Notes: generated by a model not told the origin, from the sequence alone. DNA of 64,000 nt from Octopus sinensis (GCF_006345805.1 NW_021835040.1:10676-74675), one strand, 5' to 3'; positions 12,420-26,724 are shown, numbered from the stretch's first letter. A program made the numbers and translations.

Positions 12420-12788
12420 TGTTTTGTTTGATGAGTGAAGCGGTCTTCGTCCGTTGAGAGAAGTCCGAAACGAGGTCCTTTGCTATTCGTAAGACTCGCA
12501 GGAGACAAAGCTGGTCAACCCCCGACACCGAGAGCATCGACGGATGGATGAATGCGCATCCAGGCTCAGCGGTTGCGTAGGAAGTCGGGGACAAGAAACA
12601 GGAAGAAAGAGTGAGAGAAAGTTGGGGAGAAGGAGTACAACAGGGGTCGCCACTATTCCCCTGCCGGAGACTCGTGGAGCTTTAGCTGTTTTCGCACAAT
12701 AAACACACACAACACCCGGTCTGGGAATCGAAACCGCGATCCTTCGACCGCGAGTACGCTGCCCTAACCACTGGGCCATTGCGGCTCC
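12420..12788 (-). mobile_element. SINE family C, near full length, tRNA-derived head
   Basis: Minus strand GGAGCCGCAA-TGGCCCAGTGG (box A)-TTAGGGCAGCGTACTCGCGGTCGAAGGATCGC-GGTTTCGATTCC (box B-like), then a non-tRNA body and an (A/C)-rich tail. Second copy at 60575-60728. Confidence 0.85.
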
Positions 12789-13758
12789 ACTTGTCACTGC
12801 TGTATTGATTTCTGCTTATCGGAGCCCCCTCCTCTCGTACGTGTACCAAACATCCTTCTTATTCCTCGCTCCAAGTTTAATCGCGTTCAAATACGCTTTG
12901 TCCGTACTGACCACTGTGACCAAACTGTCACCATGAGAACGCTAGTCGCCTGAAATTTTCTCCTTCCTCATCATTTTCTAGCAGGTGTTAGACTGCAGCA
13001 ATTAAAGCGGAAACTTAATGACACCCGTCTCGAAATATCTACAAGATCAGGGATTTTGGCCCTTTCTCCAGATTTAGCAATAAAAGAAAAATAATTCTAA
13101 AGAACTGCAATAAATTTAAACGGAATTTCAAAATATCGGCCTACAGAGGAAAATAGTTCCTGGCTTTATTGTATGCAAATAGTGTAAAACTGTTGTGATT
13201 ATATTCATATAACTCATAGAGGATGAGTAAACGCCATGATATATTTTTAGTTCGAGTAGGGTATCTCTGATATCGGAGAAAGAGGTGAAATATATTTACG
13301 TTCTAGCTGGTCTGAAAAGACACGGATATGATGGTGGGGAACCATTAGCAACTAAATTTCTTTGAAATGAATTATTCAGTGTCTTGGGTATGAGACACTG
13401 GAAATGTGACAGGAATAGAAGAGACAAATTAGTTTGAAAGAAAAGTTTGTTCCGATCGCTAGGCAGAGCAGACGACAAATGATGGCAATAATAATAATAT
13501 ATATATATATAAAAAATAAACAAAATATGGGATGTTTGTATGAATATTTCATTATTTTATCATGCTGATCTTTAACCACGACTCAGCTCACATTAAGGAT
13601 ACCTATACATTTACCGGCAGCTATTTATACTGCTAAGTGCTTCGAGTACAAATTTCCCAAGGAATGTTTTGCAGAGCGAGGCTAAAACTATATTTGTTAA
13701 CGGTAACCATGTTAACAGATATATATATATATATATTATATATATATATATAGATATA

Positions 13759-13798
<40 letters not shown>

Positions 13799-13864
13799 TA
13801 AATGTGTATATATGTATATGTATATATAATATATATAAGATATATATGTTTGTATATATATTTG

Positions 13865-13897
<33 letters not shown>

Positions 13898-13999
13898 TAT
13901 TATATATATATATATATATGTATTTATATATGCCAACAGCAAACAATATGAAATACGAAAACTTATAATTTAAATACGCAAAGAACTAGATAAAAAATA

Positions 14000-14250
14000 G
14001 AAAACAAGACAAGTAATATAAAAATACAAAGACCGACCCTTCATCAGTTGTCGGTTGTCTATCTACTTCTCATTTCGATCAAGCAACGACAATATGAGTC
14101 TTCGATCAGAGATTCTCTCATAAATACGAAAATAAAATTTCGTATTTATGTAGGGTCAAAGTTGGGAACAAAAAGAGGACAGTGGAAACATAAAGGAAAC
14201 CGAACGAAAACAAAGATGGAGGGTCGTTAGACCTGAACGAGAGGTATATA
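14000..14250. repeat. Probable PLE-type terminal remnant with 13-bp hairpin
   Basis: Minus-strand CTGATGAAGGG at about 14038-14048 (half hammerhead). Perfect stem CATAAATACGAAA/TTTCGTATTTATG at 14119-14150. Confidence 0.4.
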
Positions 14251-14267
14251 TATATATATTATATATA

Positions 14268-14308
<41 letters not shown>

Positions 14309-14421
14309 TATATTATTAATATATATATTATATATTATTATATATATATATATATTATATATATCTATATATATATCTATATATATATATATATATAATA
14401 ATATATATATATATATATATA

Positions 14422-14457
<36 letters not shown>

Positions 14458-14674
14458 TATATATATATTTGATAAATTTCTGACCGAGGTATAAACTGTA
14501 GCTGCACGACACCGTGAAGTATATTTGCCATTTAAATGTGGCTAATCCTTGAGGGGTGATACTACTGTAGCTTGTATCCTCGGGAAGACACCTCCTCAAG
14601 CTGGCTATTGGCACACCTTCTGTGCCCTATCAGTATTTGCAAAGGAAAATTATCCTTCCCATCTCCAGCCTAAC

Positions 14675-14733
14675 GTGATACACACGGACCCAGGTTTCTG
14701 AGTATTAAACCTTCATCAGCGTGTGACAACCAC
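14675..14733 (-). ncRNA. Type-I hammerhead ribozyme-like motif
   Basis: Minus strand reads GTGGT-TGT-CACACG-CTGATGA-AGGTTTAATACTCA-GAAA-CCTGGG-TC-CGTGTG-T-ATCAC. It has a perfect 6-bp helix I plus a 5-bp extension, an intact core, a self-complementary helix III ACCUGGGU and a GUC site. Helix II is weak. Confidence 0.6.
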
Positions 14734-14789
14734 CACTTCGCGATGTGAAGTGGTTCTCAATGCAAATATATATTTCGTTTTACCAGTGA

Positions 14790-14832
<43 letters not shown>

Positions 14833-15445
14833 TACATACACGCTGAGTTAGTACTTCAGTAAAATAGCCCTTGGAGAAGTATACTAATTCAATCAGACCT
14901 GAATGACTAGAGTATTATTACGACAGTTTATAATACAATTAGTATATTCTCTGATTCGCTTTGCTAAGTCAATTAATACATTTAAGAAGTAATTAACAAG
15001 ATATTGTAATGTAAATAATAGAAAAGAGCTAAAACCTTGCAGCCGACGTGAAGGCTATGCTTATGATATTGGCATTACATGATGAAAGCAACGGTAACGA
15101 TTACAGGCAACGTGATGGAATAGTGGCGGCGGCTTCGCTGGTGGTAGAGGTGGTGGTGGCGATGCTGATGACTGCCAGACTGATTATGATGATAACCACT
15201 ATTATGATTGTTCGTGGTGGGGAGGATTATGACGATAACGATTTATATGATGCTGATTAACACGTTGGTGGTTATAGCGAGGTGTATGATGAGGCTGCTC
15301 GCCATAAAGTTTCGGAGTGTTGGAGATTATAATTGTCGGGTTAATTAGAATAATGTTTACAGAGAGGATGGTGGTGAATATGATTATTATTGTTCTAGTT
15401 GTTGTTGTTGTTCTCGTTGTTGTTGTTGTTCTTGTTGTTATTATG

Positions 15446-15646
15446 AAGGCGACGAGCGGGCACTTAGGGCAACATACTTGCGACATTCCGTCCGTCTTCA
15501 CATTTTAGGTGGAAATTCCGCCGAGGTTTACTTTCTCTGTCATCAATTTAGGGTCGATAAAGTAAAGTACAGTTTGAACACTGAGATCGATGTAATCGAT
15601 TTACCCATTCCACCGAACTTGGTGGCCTTCTGTCAAAATTTGAAAT
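15446..15646 (+). mobile_element. SINE family B
   Basis: GAAGGCGACGAG..CCGTCCGTCTTCACATT..AAATTCCGCCGAGG..GGGTCGATAAAGTAAAGTACAG..GATGTAATCGATTTACCC, embedded in trinucleotide repeats. Confidence 0.8.
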
Positions 15647-15767
15647 CATCATCATCATCATCATCCTCGTCATCATCATCATCATCATCATCATTGTTGT
15701 TATTACTATTTTATTATTATTATTATTAATATTATTATTATCATTATTGTTAGTGTTAGTATTATTA

Positions 15768-16000
15768 AGTGAGAGAGCAGTGCATGCCACCAAAGTGACA
15801 CTGGGGTACAAATATACGAAGCCCAGTATACCCATCATGCCAACCCGAATGAGATGTGATTATTTTCAAGCACTGGAGGTGGTTTATGTTACCACAAGAT
15901 TTTATCATGGATAAGGTCCAGGTTTTTGCATATTACCGAGAGAATATATTGTGCTGCTCTATCATGCCCGTTGAGATCTTCTGTAGGCGCAAGACTGCAC

Positions 16001-16001
<1 letters not shown>
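15768..16001 (-). mobile_element. R4/Dong-clade (RLE) LINE fragment joined to a 3' tail, flanked by (TAA)n
   Basis: Minus strand SLAPTEDLNGHDRAAQYILSVICKNLDLIHDKILW*HKPPPVLENN matches the R4/Dong motif LAxxEYxxRHDxVxxxIHWxIC...WxHKPxxVxEN. The tail ends GCATGCACTGCTCTCTCAC then TAATAAT. Confidence 0.7.
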
Positions 16002-16203
<202 letters not shown>

Positions 16204-17615
16204 ACAACGGTGGTATCGGTGATAGCGCTGTGACTGATGTTGATGACAACGTCATTAGTGATAGTGTTAATGAGAGGAATTGCAAGGCGATTATATTTCA
16301 AAGTATTGCCTAAATGATATAACAAACGATGATTTATACGTTAGAATAGCAACAACAACAACAACAACAACTGGGTCCTTAAAATAACAAAATAAGGTTA
16401 GAAATAGAAACGCTATGATATATTGAGCAAACGATGCTGGGGAGCAGAGTTTGCTAGCTGGAGTTTAAATAAGAATTATCTAATTCCAGTTTGGAATGTA
16501 ATGAAATTAGCAACTGCACAGGCTGTTTGTAGGCGGTCATCCTTCACACATCCACATCTCACACCATACAGCTAAACAATCAGCTTGCCCGTGAGGCAGG
16601 AAGACACGGAGCCAGACTGACAACCAGGCAGGCAAGGTGACATACATACGGCCGAACAGTGATGCCATCAACCAAGATGATTGCTTTTGTATTTCAAACT
16701 CACTTATTTCCAACATGTATAATGTAATGGAAAAACGAAATGTCGTTTAATACTCTACTTCTGATGCTAGCTTTATCTATTCTTGGCACGTCGGACAAGA
16801 AATAGCTAAGATCGAGTGTTGTTTGAATGAATCAAGTTTTTTTTTCTCCATTTGTCTTAACACAGCATTCTACAGAAAGGGTGAATGGAGCTTAAAATCA
16901 TTTAAAATACTTTGGGTACTTCATCCTGTTGAATACAAATTCACTCAGTCTCTACCTCCGTTCTATATTCTTCTCTATTCGTAACTCCCCAATACACTCT
17001 TGCTTTGGATTCGATCCATGCATTCCAAATTGACGAAATACTCGTTAGCTTTACACAGGAACCGTTAATTAGATATATATGTGTGCTGTATGAGGTTGTC
17101 AGCGTTGAATTCATAGTCTTTGATGATTTTTGTTTCATTACAGGCTGTTCGTTGACGAACAGGACCAGAGTCAATGGAACTACAGCCTTTTCTACGCCGT
17201 ACGTTCAAAGAGTGTTTCCAAATCCGCATTATTAAATCTATAAACTTTTATTTGGACCAATAATAAGACACAATCTAACTGAAAATATAGCAGACCAACA
17301 AAAGTCGAGCAAACGGGCAAAGAAATCAACTTACCATCTCGGCTGAAAGCCGCAGAATGAGGTAATATATATACCTGTATCTTGATTTCGAATTCTGAGT
17401 TGTTCCCTTAATTCTCCTCAGAAGGGCTTACTAAATTCGTGGCTGGTCTTTTACGTTTTCATTGACATGGGTTATTTGTGGACGTTGACTGCTATTTCTA
17501 GCAAAATGGTAATTCGTGTACTCTCAATTACAATTATAAAATTCATTGAATAGCCATTTAACAGTATTGTTGCTTGCTGGCCACTAATATTACTCTTATT
17601 ATTTATTTATATATT

Positions 17616-17619
<4 letters not shown>

Positions 17620-17710
<91 letters not shown>
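17620..17710. repeat. (AAT)n microsatellite
   Basis: Seen directly in the sequence. Confidence 0.97.
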
Positions 17711-17712
<2 letters not shown>

Positions 17713-17853
17713 TCTACATAAATATTCATTTGAATGTTTACTCATTTATATGTATATATTTACATATATATGTATATATAAATGCACACAAATGTATACA
17801 TATCTTTTTATCGATATATTTATCTATCCGTCTCTGCCCCCTCTCTCCCTCTC

Positions 17854-17891
<38 letters not shown>

Positions 17892-18174
17892 CATACATAC
17901 ACATACACACATATATATACACACACACGACTAGCTTCTAGGTAGTGTTGTCTACGAAACTCATTCATTGGCGATATTGCACCAGGGGCTGCAGGAGAAG
18001 TCGCTTCTTGTCTTGTGGCGAAACTGAAGCGGAAAGTACGTGGTTGCGACGCGAGCTTCTTAAACTCACAGGCGTGACATTTATAATTATACGTAGTGTT
18101 TGGTCTTGCCACTGTTAGTAAATTCAACAATGACTGAAACGTATTCGGCTGATAGCAGACAAGTAAGGCACGGC

Positions 18175-18352
18175 AGGGGATGAGACGATTACATAGAATC
18201 CATTATCCAACTGGTAATTATTTTATTGATACTGAAAATATGAGAGACAGATTCGACCTCGGCGGAATTTCAACTGAGAAGGTAAAGACGGACGGGATGC
18301 CGCTATGCATTCCGCCCGGCCTGATACCGATTCAGCCAGTTCGCCGCCTTCT
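18175..18352 (-). mobile_element. SINE family B
   Basis: ATTCGACCTCGGCGGAATTTCAACTGAGAAGGTAAAGACGGACGGGATGCCGCTATGCATT..CAGCCAGTTCGCCGCCTT is the reverse complement of the head and body. Confidence 0.8.
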
Positions 18353-18894
18353 TAAGCCGTGTGATAATGCAGCGGATCAACAGGGGCGGGTACAGTCCGT
18401 AATGAGAATCATCCCCAGATAAGGACGTCATTGTATCGGGAAAAGTTTCAGTTGATCTTGTATGACTCTGTGTGTGTGCGTGTGTATGTAACCCCACCTC
18501 AACAATAAATGAGCAGTTCCATTCCCTGTCCCCAATAATAACGATTACCAATTACCTCCCTTTAGATTTTTTTAAAATTCATTCATTCACAAACTTGCTT
18601 CCAAGAACATGGACTAAAACTTTCTACAGAAAATACGAAAGTACAATAATTTCAATGTCATGATTAGCGAAAGTGAAACCGGTCGACAAACAAATTACGA
18701 TTTTACTTATAAAATATATTTTAAAAATAGATTAAAACTATATAAATTGTGGGCATATTCCGTCTTTCATTTTATATATACATTTTTTGCGCGTTACAAA
18801 TTACCGCATGAGGATAATCGAAATTTTCTCTTCCTCTCTTTCCTGAATATATATTTATATATAAGCAAGTATAGATCTACGTAATATATTAAAT

Positions 18895-18933
<39 letters not shown>

Positions 18934-19007
18934 AATAGACAAGCTCACTTACATACATACACACACATATATATATATATATGCATATATCTATATCTAT
19001 ATCTATA

Positions 19008-19038
<31 letters not shown>

Positions 19039-19883
19039 GTCTGCCTATTTCTATATAAAACATGTGTCTATGAGTTGCTAAAGTTAGAAGCATGGGAGGA
19101 AGAGAAAAATAGACACAGTATGGTATTTATCACTTTGGCAATAAACACCTGCAACTAAAGTAAAGGAATTTTAATTCAAGTTGAAATATTAAAGAAGATG
19201 TATTAACGGAAATACACAACTTTATGTTAAAATGCTTCTGTTACCAAGATCAATATGGCTTCTGGTTTCCATAATTTCTATAGAATGTTATCCATTTTAT
19301 TCCAGTATTCATGTATTTATGTAGCGACTGAAGACAGCATAGTGCTTTCGACGCAAATTCCTTGGCTGTTCCTGTGTCATTTTTTTACAGTTGTTAATGT
19401 TCTTTCTATTTTTTTAAGTCTCAGAGTAGTCAAAACTTAAAGAAATATGAATAACGAAGTCTTCCTAATTTTAACTTTATATATTGGACTACCACTATCG
19501 TGTTTCTTTCTGTTTTTCTTTTTCTCGCAAATGCAAAAAAAAAAATAATAAAATAAAGCAACTGATATCCTCTCAGATATAGAGATTTGTCTGGTGTATT
19601 TATCGAGTGATAATGTAAGATTACCGATATCAAGATGGATTTGAGCTAATGCTTCACTTGTAGCTGGTTATCACAGATTCTTCCGTATTTTGTGCATCAC
19701 GGTTTCCAAAGAGGTTTGGATGTATCAGAGTGTACAACTTATTGGAATACGCAGTGTCTGTACTTTCAATCTCACTGTAGTTAAAGGAGACTTTCAGCGA
19801 ATATGAATGAATAAAGTATTTATACTTAACAACAGGTTCATAAGGAATTAACTTCACTATCATAATAACGTAAGATGTATGTG

Positions 19884-19923
<40 letters not shown>

Positions 19924-20083
19924 TATATATACATCTCTCATTTTATACGAACATAACTTATAATTCTCTAGTCATTGTGTACGTCGACGCATATGATATG
20001 TATATATATATATATAAACATCTCTCAGTGAGTACGGATATACGTTGTAATTCCGTAATCATTGTGTGCGTCGACGCATATTG

Positions 20084-20127
<44 letters not shown>

Positions 20128-20397
20128 CACATACACATATATGTTTGCATGTTTGAATGTATGTGTGGGAACTAGAAATTTCCCAATCTCTTTCCCGTAT
20201 GGTGCAACAGGGTGAAAAGACGAAAAAAAGAGAGAGAAAATGAAGAGCAAAAATGTGCGTAGTCGCGCACACAGAGAGACAAACAGACACGCACAAACAC
20301 ACACGCAAACATACACATACACACGCACGTGGACAACTATGTAAATTTCGATATTAATACATACCTACATGCATATATACATACATACATACATACA

Positions 20398-20435
<38 letters not shown>

Positions 20436-20443
20436 ATATATAT

Positions 20444-20476
<33 letters not shown>

Positions 20477-21180
20477 GATCTCACGCGCAAATCACAACAG
20501 TAATCTTAATTTATACAGAAACACCCATTATGCAGAAAATATATAAAATAGACCACAAGGAACGCACGCACGCCCACAAAAAGAACACATACACACACAT
20601 ACACACAAACACAAACATATATGTTCATATTAACACATCTATATATGTATTATATATATAATATATATAATATAGTCCATATAATATATTTATATATATA
20701 TTTATATATATATATATACATATATGTATAAGTGCATGTGCTTGTGCGTATACATGTGGAGGTATTTTTTATGCATTAAATAATAAGCAGATTTGTTGTA
20801 CAAAAAAGTATTTATGTTCAGTTGCACTGTATTTAGTGTTAATTTCAAACATGCAACGGACACTGCAAGAAATGCAACGCAAACGCATAAATACAGTTGC
20901 ATACTTTCATACTTTAAACGCATTTGTCCGATATAAGGCCATTGCGTTATGTCCTTACAAATATATACGTAATTAAATACATACACATATACAAAGACAC
21001 ACGCATGTATATATATATATATATATATATATATGCGTATACATGCCTACACACAGGAACACAAATACTCACACATATATATATATGAATAGATACATAG
21101 ATGCACGTAAGGACGCACACGTTTGTGTATTTACAGAAATACATTTGTTTGTGTGTCTACATATATTTCCATATATACAA

Positions 21181-21227
<47 letters not shown>

Positions 21228-21622
21228 ATATATATAATATAATATAAATATAATATTGGTGTTTGTGTTTGCGTGTATATATACATGTTGCATATATATG
21301 TGTGTGTGAGTGTGTGAGTATGTGTGTTTGTGTAGGATCTATGCAAATAATTATTTACATTTCCTCACGTGGTTTCTCTTTCTCTCTCCCACTCACCCAC
21401 TTCCAATATATATGTGTCTGTGCGTCTACGTGCGTCCATATATACACATATGTATATGTACATGAGTATGTATATATATATATGTATACATGTATGTGTG
21501 TATACATACATATATATATATTATATATATATGTATGTATATATTTATGTGTATAATATATATATAATACATACATACATACATATATATATACATATTT
21601 ATATACATACATATATATATAT

Positions 21623-21675
<53 letters not shown>

Positions 21676-22188
21676 TTGTACATCCATACATCCAGTGCAT
21701 GTGGATGTTTGCGCGTGCTGGTGTGCGTTTGTGTTCGATTGTGTACATGTAAAAGTGCGTGTTTCGGTGTTTGTGTGTGTGTCCGCGTATGTGTCTGTAT
21801 ATATTTCTGTGTGCATGCGTGTGTGTGCCGTACTCTCAGAGAATCCGTGTACGTGCATATATTGTTATCGATACTGAACGCATCAATAGCGACGGCAAAA
21901 TTCCTATTGCACCACTAAATAAAAAGGCGCGCTACAATGCATGTGTAAACATTGATTAAGTCGAATCAATATCTGTTAGCGGCGGCTTGTCACTTTACTT
22001 AAGTCTTGAACCATGTGATTTGGCTCTCTCTAATGAATGCCTGCATTCCTACTGGATACTCATTGCCTTTACTTGAAGATGTAATACTAAATAAATACAA
22101 AACATAACATGGCTTAGAGATGTTTCTTATGTAAACATGCATTACGATCCAACTCACAGATTTACTCACATATCCACATAATCACACA

Positions 22189-22223
<35 letters not shown>

Positions 22224-22535
22224 CGTAGATGTAGGTTCAGTGCACGCATATCTCATAACATGCACTGTACTTGAATATGTTATATATATATATATATATG
22301 GATGTATGTATGTATGTATGTTGGGTCTATGTATCCGTATAGAAAAATATGTATGTATGCATGAATAGATACATTCATATATGCATGTATATATATATAT
22401 ATATACATGTATATATATATGTATACGAATACATATACATATATACATATATAACATTATATGTATATAGTTGTGCATGCATATTTGTATAAATGTGTGT
22501 ATATATACGTACATACTTAAATACATACATACACA

Positions 22536-22589
<54 letters not shown>

Positions 22590-22752
22590 CATATATAGAT
22601 TATATACGTATATATATACACATACATATGTGTGTGTGTGCTAGTACGTATACGCGTTTTCACATCAGGAATTTTGCAAAACGATGTATATATGTATATA
22701 TATGTATATACATATGTATATACATATGTATATATGTATGTTATATGTATAA

Positions 22753-22805
<53 letters not shown>

Positions 22806-23984
22806 CACATATATATATATATTCATATATATATATATATATAATATATATATATTATGTATATATGTATGTACGATTTTGAAAAAGAATGCAGTTTTTT
22901 GTCGACGGTGTGGCATGGAATCCTGTTATTGTTTCTATTGTTTCCAGTCTAAAATCGCTGTTCATCTGATCATTGTTTGAGAATCTGCTTGTGGTATTCC
23001 TTACTCGCTTTTTCTATTCTTTTATCTATTTTAACTCTCCTTCTCCGCTCCTTCACTCCTTCCTCTCTCTCTTCTCTCTTCTCTCGCTTTCATCTTCCCT
23101 TTTATATTCGTATTATACCAACGTATCAACACTTTGTATGAACAAAGAGAATGTTTCTTGTTACACTCCGTGTGTTGCTGTACTGGGTACAATTACAATA
23201 TTACGAATCTTTTAGTAGATTATACTGACCCTTAATTATGTAAGAAAGGCGTTCAGAATCACCAGTTCTGTACATTACTCTACTCTCTACTCTGTTACTC
23301 AGATAAAGAACCAGTTGTAAAGATAACTTATTATTTGTTTTCTTTTTACACCGAAATGGGTTGAACACAAAATTCTCCAAAATGGTTAGTGTTTGACGGA
23401 ATGAATGAAAAGAAGAATAAATGAAAAGAAAAATGCGAAACAGAACAAAATATAAATTTGAATGAAAGAAATGAAAAAAAAGAAAAAAGAAAAGAAAACA
23501 TATTTACACATGTTCGAGAACGTAGTATAATAAGGTTCCATTATTGTAAACCGTTTTTCTCCCTCCATATTGGCTGCTTGTGTTATTGGTTGATTTTGTT
23601 TAGGTTGTTTCTGCTCTTAGCGGCCATTACAATTCTAGCCTAAGCCAGCGGGTGGGAGTTGCTGCAGAACGAGTGCCAATACAGCGCCTTTCGTTTTTGT
23701 TCCCTGTGATGAAAGATTAGCTGCTGTCGTTATTGATGTTGGTCTTTTTGTTCCTGTTAGTCATTATATTGGTAGTTTTACCGAATGCGTCAAGTGAGGA
23801 CAAAGAAAGTGTGGTGTCGTAGATGGTTCAGTAGTACATTCAAGGTGGGCTTTGCGGTTTTTCCATATATATGAATATGAATTCAAGTGTAATAATGCTT
23901 ATCACTCAATCTCTTTTCTACTCATGATATGTTGCCGATTAACATGACAATCGAACCGAAGCGGTCGTACTAAGCTAGTCTTTA

Positions 23985-24150
23985 TAATTTACTCCCTTCT
24001 GTCATTACACTGCGACCATGCTGGGGCATCACCTTGAATTGCTTTAATCGAACTGTTCGATTTCAGCCCTCATTTTTAGATCTGAAAATTATTCTATTAG
24101 TTTCTTTACCGAACCGCTAGGTTACGTGAACAAGCACCTGTACTCAAGCA
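23985..24150 (-). mobile_element. SINE family A, 3' half, diverged
   Basis: ACTGCGACCATGCTGGGGCATCACCTT..TTACCGAACCGCTAGGTTACG is the reverse complement of the family A tail and body. Confidence 0.65.
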
Positions 24151-24734
24151 GATAACATACTAAGATAACATATTCCATAATATTTTTTCCTAGATGCAGA
24201 ATGGGATTAAAAGGGGTTGGATGCTATTTCTAACATATCAGGCAACCGCGTAAAGGATTGACGCTGAAAATGGTCAGCCTTATCACCTACTTAAGTTGTG
24301 CTTGGATTCGATCCCAGCATCTGAAGTTTATGAATCAGTCATACATTTTAGGCCATACTATCTACTTATATTACTTAGACAGTGCCATCAACTAATATTA
24401 CATGTTAGTTCCAGTTTATAGGTCGTGGACAAACTTAAGGTCAAAGACAATCCAATAGTGTTTGTCACATCTGTTTCTTTGCTTGAATATCAGAAGGACT
24501 CCAAAATCCATCACCTCCTGTGCACGGATTTGTGACCAATGTTACCAGCGCGACGTTTTGCTAATGATAGTTTCTGTAAGACATGGCTGTTATTTCTTGC
24601 AAATCGAATATCCATGACACAGCGTTCTCTTTTGTGTTTTGGTGATGACGCTGACGATGATTGTGATTCTCTATTCATTGTATTTGTGGTTGTGATTGCC
24701 ATCATTCTCATCATTTGTTTTTTTTACATCTATG

Positions 24735-24862
24735 TTGATGACGACGATGACGACAACGACTATGATGATAATGATGATGATGATGATGATAATGATGATG
24801 ATGATGATGATGATGATTGATGATGATGATGATGATGTGATGATGATGATAATAATGATGAC

Positions 24863-24895
<33 letters not shown>

Positions 24896-24925
24896 GATGA
24901 TAATGATGATGATGATGATGATGGT
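24735..24925. repeat. (GAT)n microsatellite
   Basis: Seen directly in the sequence. Confidence 0.95.
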
Positions 24926-26486
24926 GGTGCTGTTCTCATTGTGTGATTATGCTGATGGCTGGCTAAGAACAAAAATTCGAATACATTTGAATGCTGTTAA
25001 CAGCAAAGAAAGAATTGTAAGAAAAATGCCCAACGGAGAAAAAAAAATATATATAAATATATAAAACCAAAAAAAAAAGAACAACACAAAACAAATATAA
25101 TACACAATCAAAACAAAATCAGACCTAACAAACAATAAACAAACACTAAAGAGAGAAACGTCCAAATAAATATATACACACAAAACGATGTGCTTAAAAG
25201 AATACTTTTATTTAAAACGGAACGTTCAGCATGCTATTTGTAAATGGGTTGCAGGTAACTCTTTTACAATACGATTTACATCACGGTATTTTTTTGTCTA
25301 TTCAGTATTAATACACGTGATATTTTTTCCTTTTTTTTCTTGGTAACTGCTGCAAGAATAGACTAACTGATACTTCCATATCATGTTCAGTTGTATTATC
25401 CGCTTAATCAGGGTAAACTAGGTGAGATAGAATCACAAAGAATTAACAGCATAAATGTTGAATATGTGATGTTCGTTATAGACTTCTTTAAAAAATTTCC
25501 TTGAAATATCAAACGTACAGCTTTGCATATTAATCAGCAATAATAATAAAAAAAATTTACGCTTTGTTATAGGTAAATATAAAACAATGCACGATGTCGT
25601 TGTTTGATTCTTCGGAAGACAACGCCTGAAGATGTAGGAACAAAGCAAATTCCACTTATCGAATAACTTAAATATGCACAGGTAAACATAGGAGGAAAAG
25701 CCAAATTTAAAAAATAAAAAAAAACAGTTTTTTTCTATTTCTTCTATGTCTCTAGCGACAGAATTTGTTTTAGCATGAATATATGCTATTGACAGAGCCT
25801 AATGCGCAGAAATGCGCATTTAACATTCCCGCCACAACTGACGATAGCTACTTTATTCTAAAGGTGATTTTATGGCAGTTTATGCCCCTCCACACACACA
25901 CACAATCACTCACACACACACATACTCACACACTCAAACACACACACCCACTCGCACACACATACCCACACACTCACACACACACACACTCACTCACACA
26001 CACACGCACACACACACGCATACTCACACACACACTCACACACTCACTCACACACACACACACACACAAGTCGATCAATTATTTTAACATTTCCGATAAA
26101 AATCTTCATTCTGTCGTGAACGCGTGCGTTCTCATTTGTCTTTCCTCCTCCGAGCAGTCTCCATTTAAAACCAATCGTCGGTTGTCCCACTGATACTCAG
26201 CTCTTGAATGGCTAACAAATGGAAGAGTAACAGAAGTGAAAGGATGCCAACGAAAACAGTAAAACTAGAGATACTGAAAACACGCAAGAGAGAAGCAGAG
26301 AAAGGGAGAGAGAAACTGACAGACAGACAGAGAGAGATAATGAGAGAGGAAGAGGACAGTCAGAGAGGAGAGGTAGTGAGAGATAGAGGACAGACAGACA
26401 GACAGAGAGGTAGTAAGAGAGGAAGAGGAAAGACAGACGGAGGTAAATTCCCTCTCCATTTTCTCTTTATTCTTTATATATATATG

Positions 26487-26656
26487 GTAAGTGTGGTACG
26501 TAGCTTGCTTACTAAGCAGATAGTTCTGAGTTCAGTCCTACCGCGTGGCACCTTGGGCAAGTGTTTTCTACCATAGCCTCGGACCGACCAAAGGCTTGTG
26601 ACTGGATTTCTTAAACTGAAAGTGTCGAATGACTGAAACATATAAAAGCGTAAAAG

Positions 26657-26660
<4 letters not shown>
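26487..26660 (+). mobile_element. SINE family A with central deletion
   Basis: GCGTGGCACCTTGGGCAAGTGTTTTCTACCATAGCCTCGGACCGACCAAAG joined directly to AATGACTGAAAC. Confidence 0.8.
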
Positions 26661-26693
<33 letters not shown>

Positions 26694-26724
26694 GAAAGTG
26701 AGACAAAGAGAGAGAGAGCTCGAT

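Noticed and set aside
12715-12788. tRNA-like sequence with box A and box B (also 60655-60728)
   Set aside because: No acceptor-stem closure or terminator. It continues into a shared SINE body, so it is a SINE head, not a tRNA gene.
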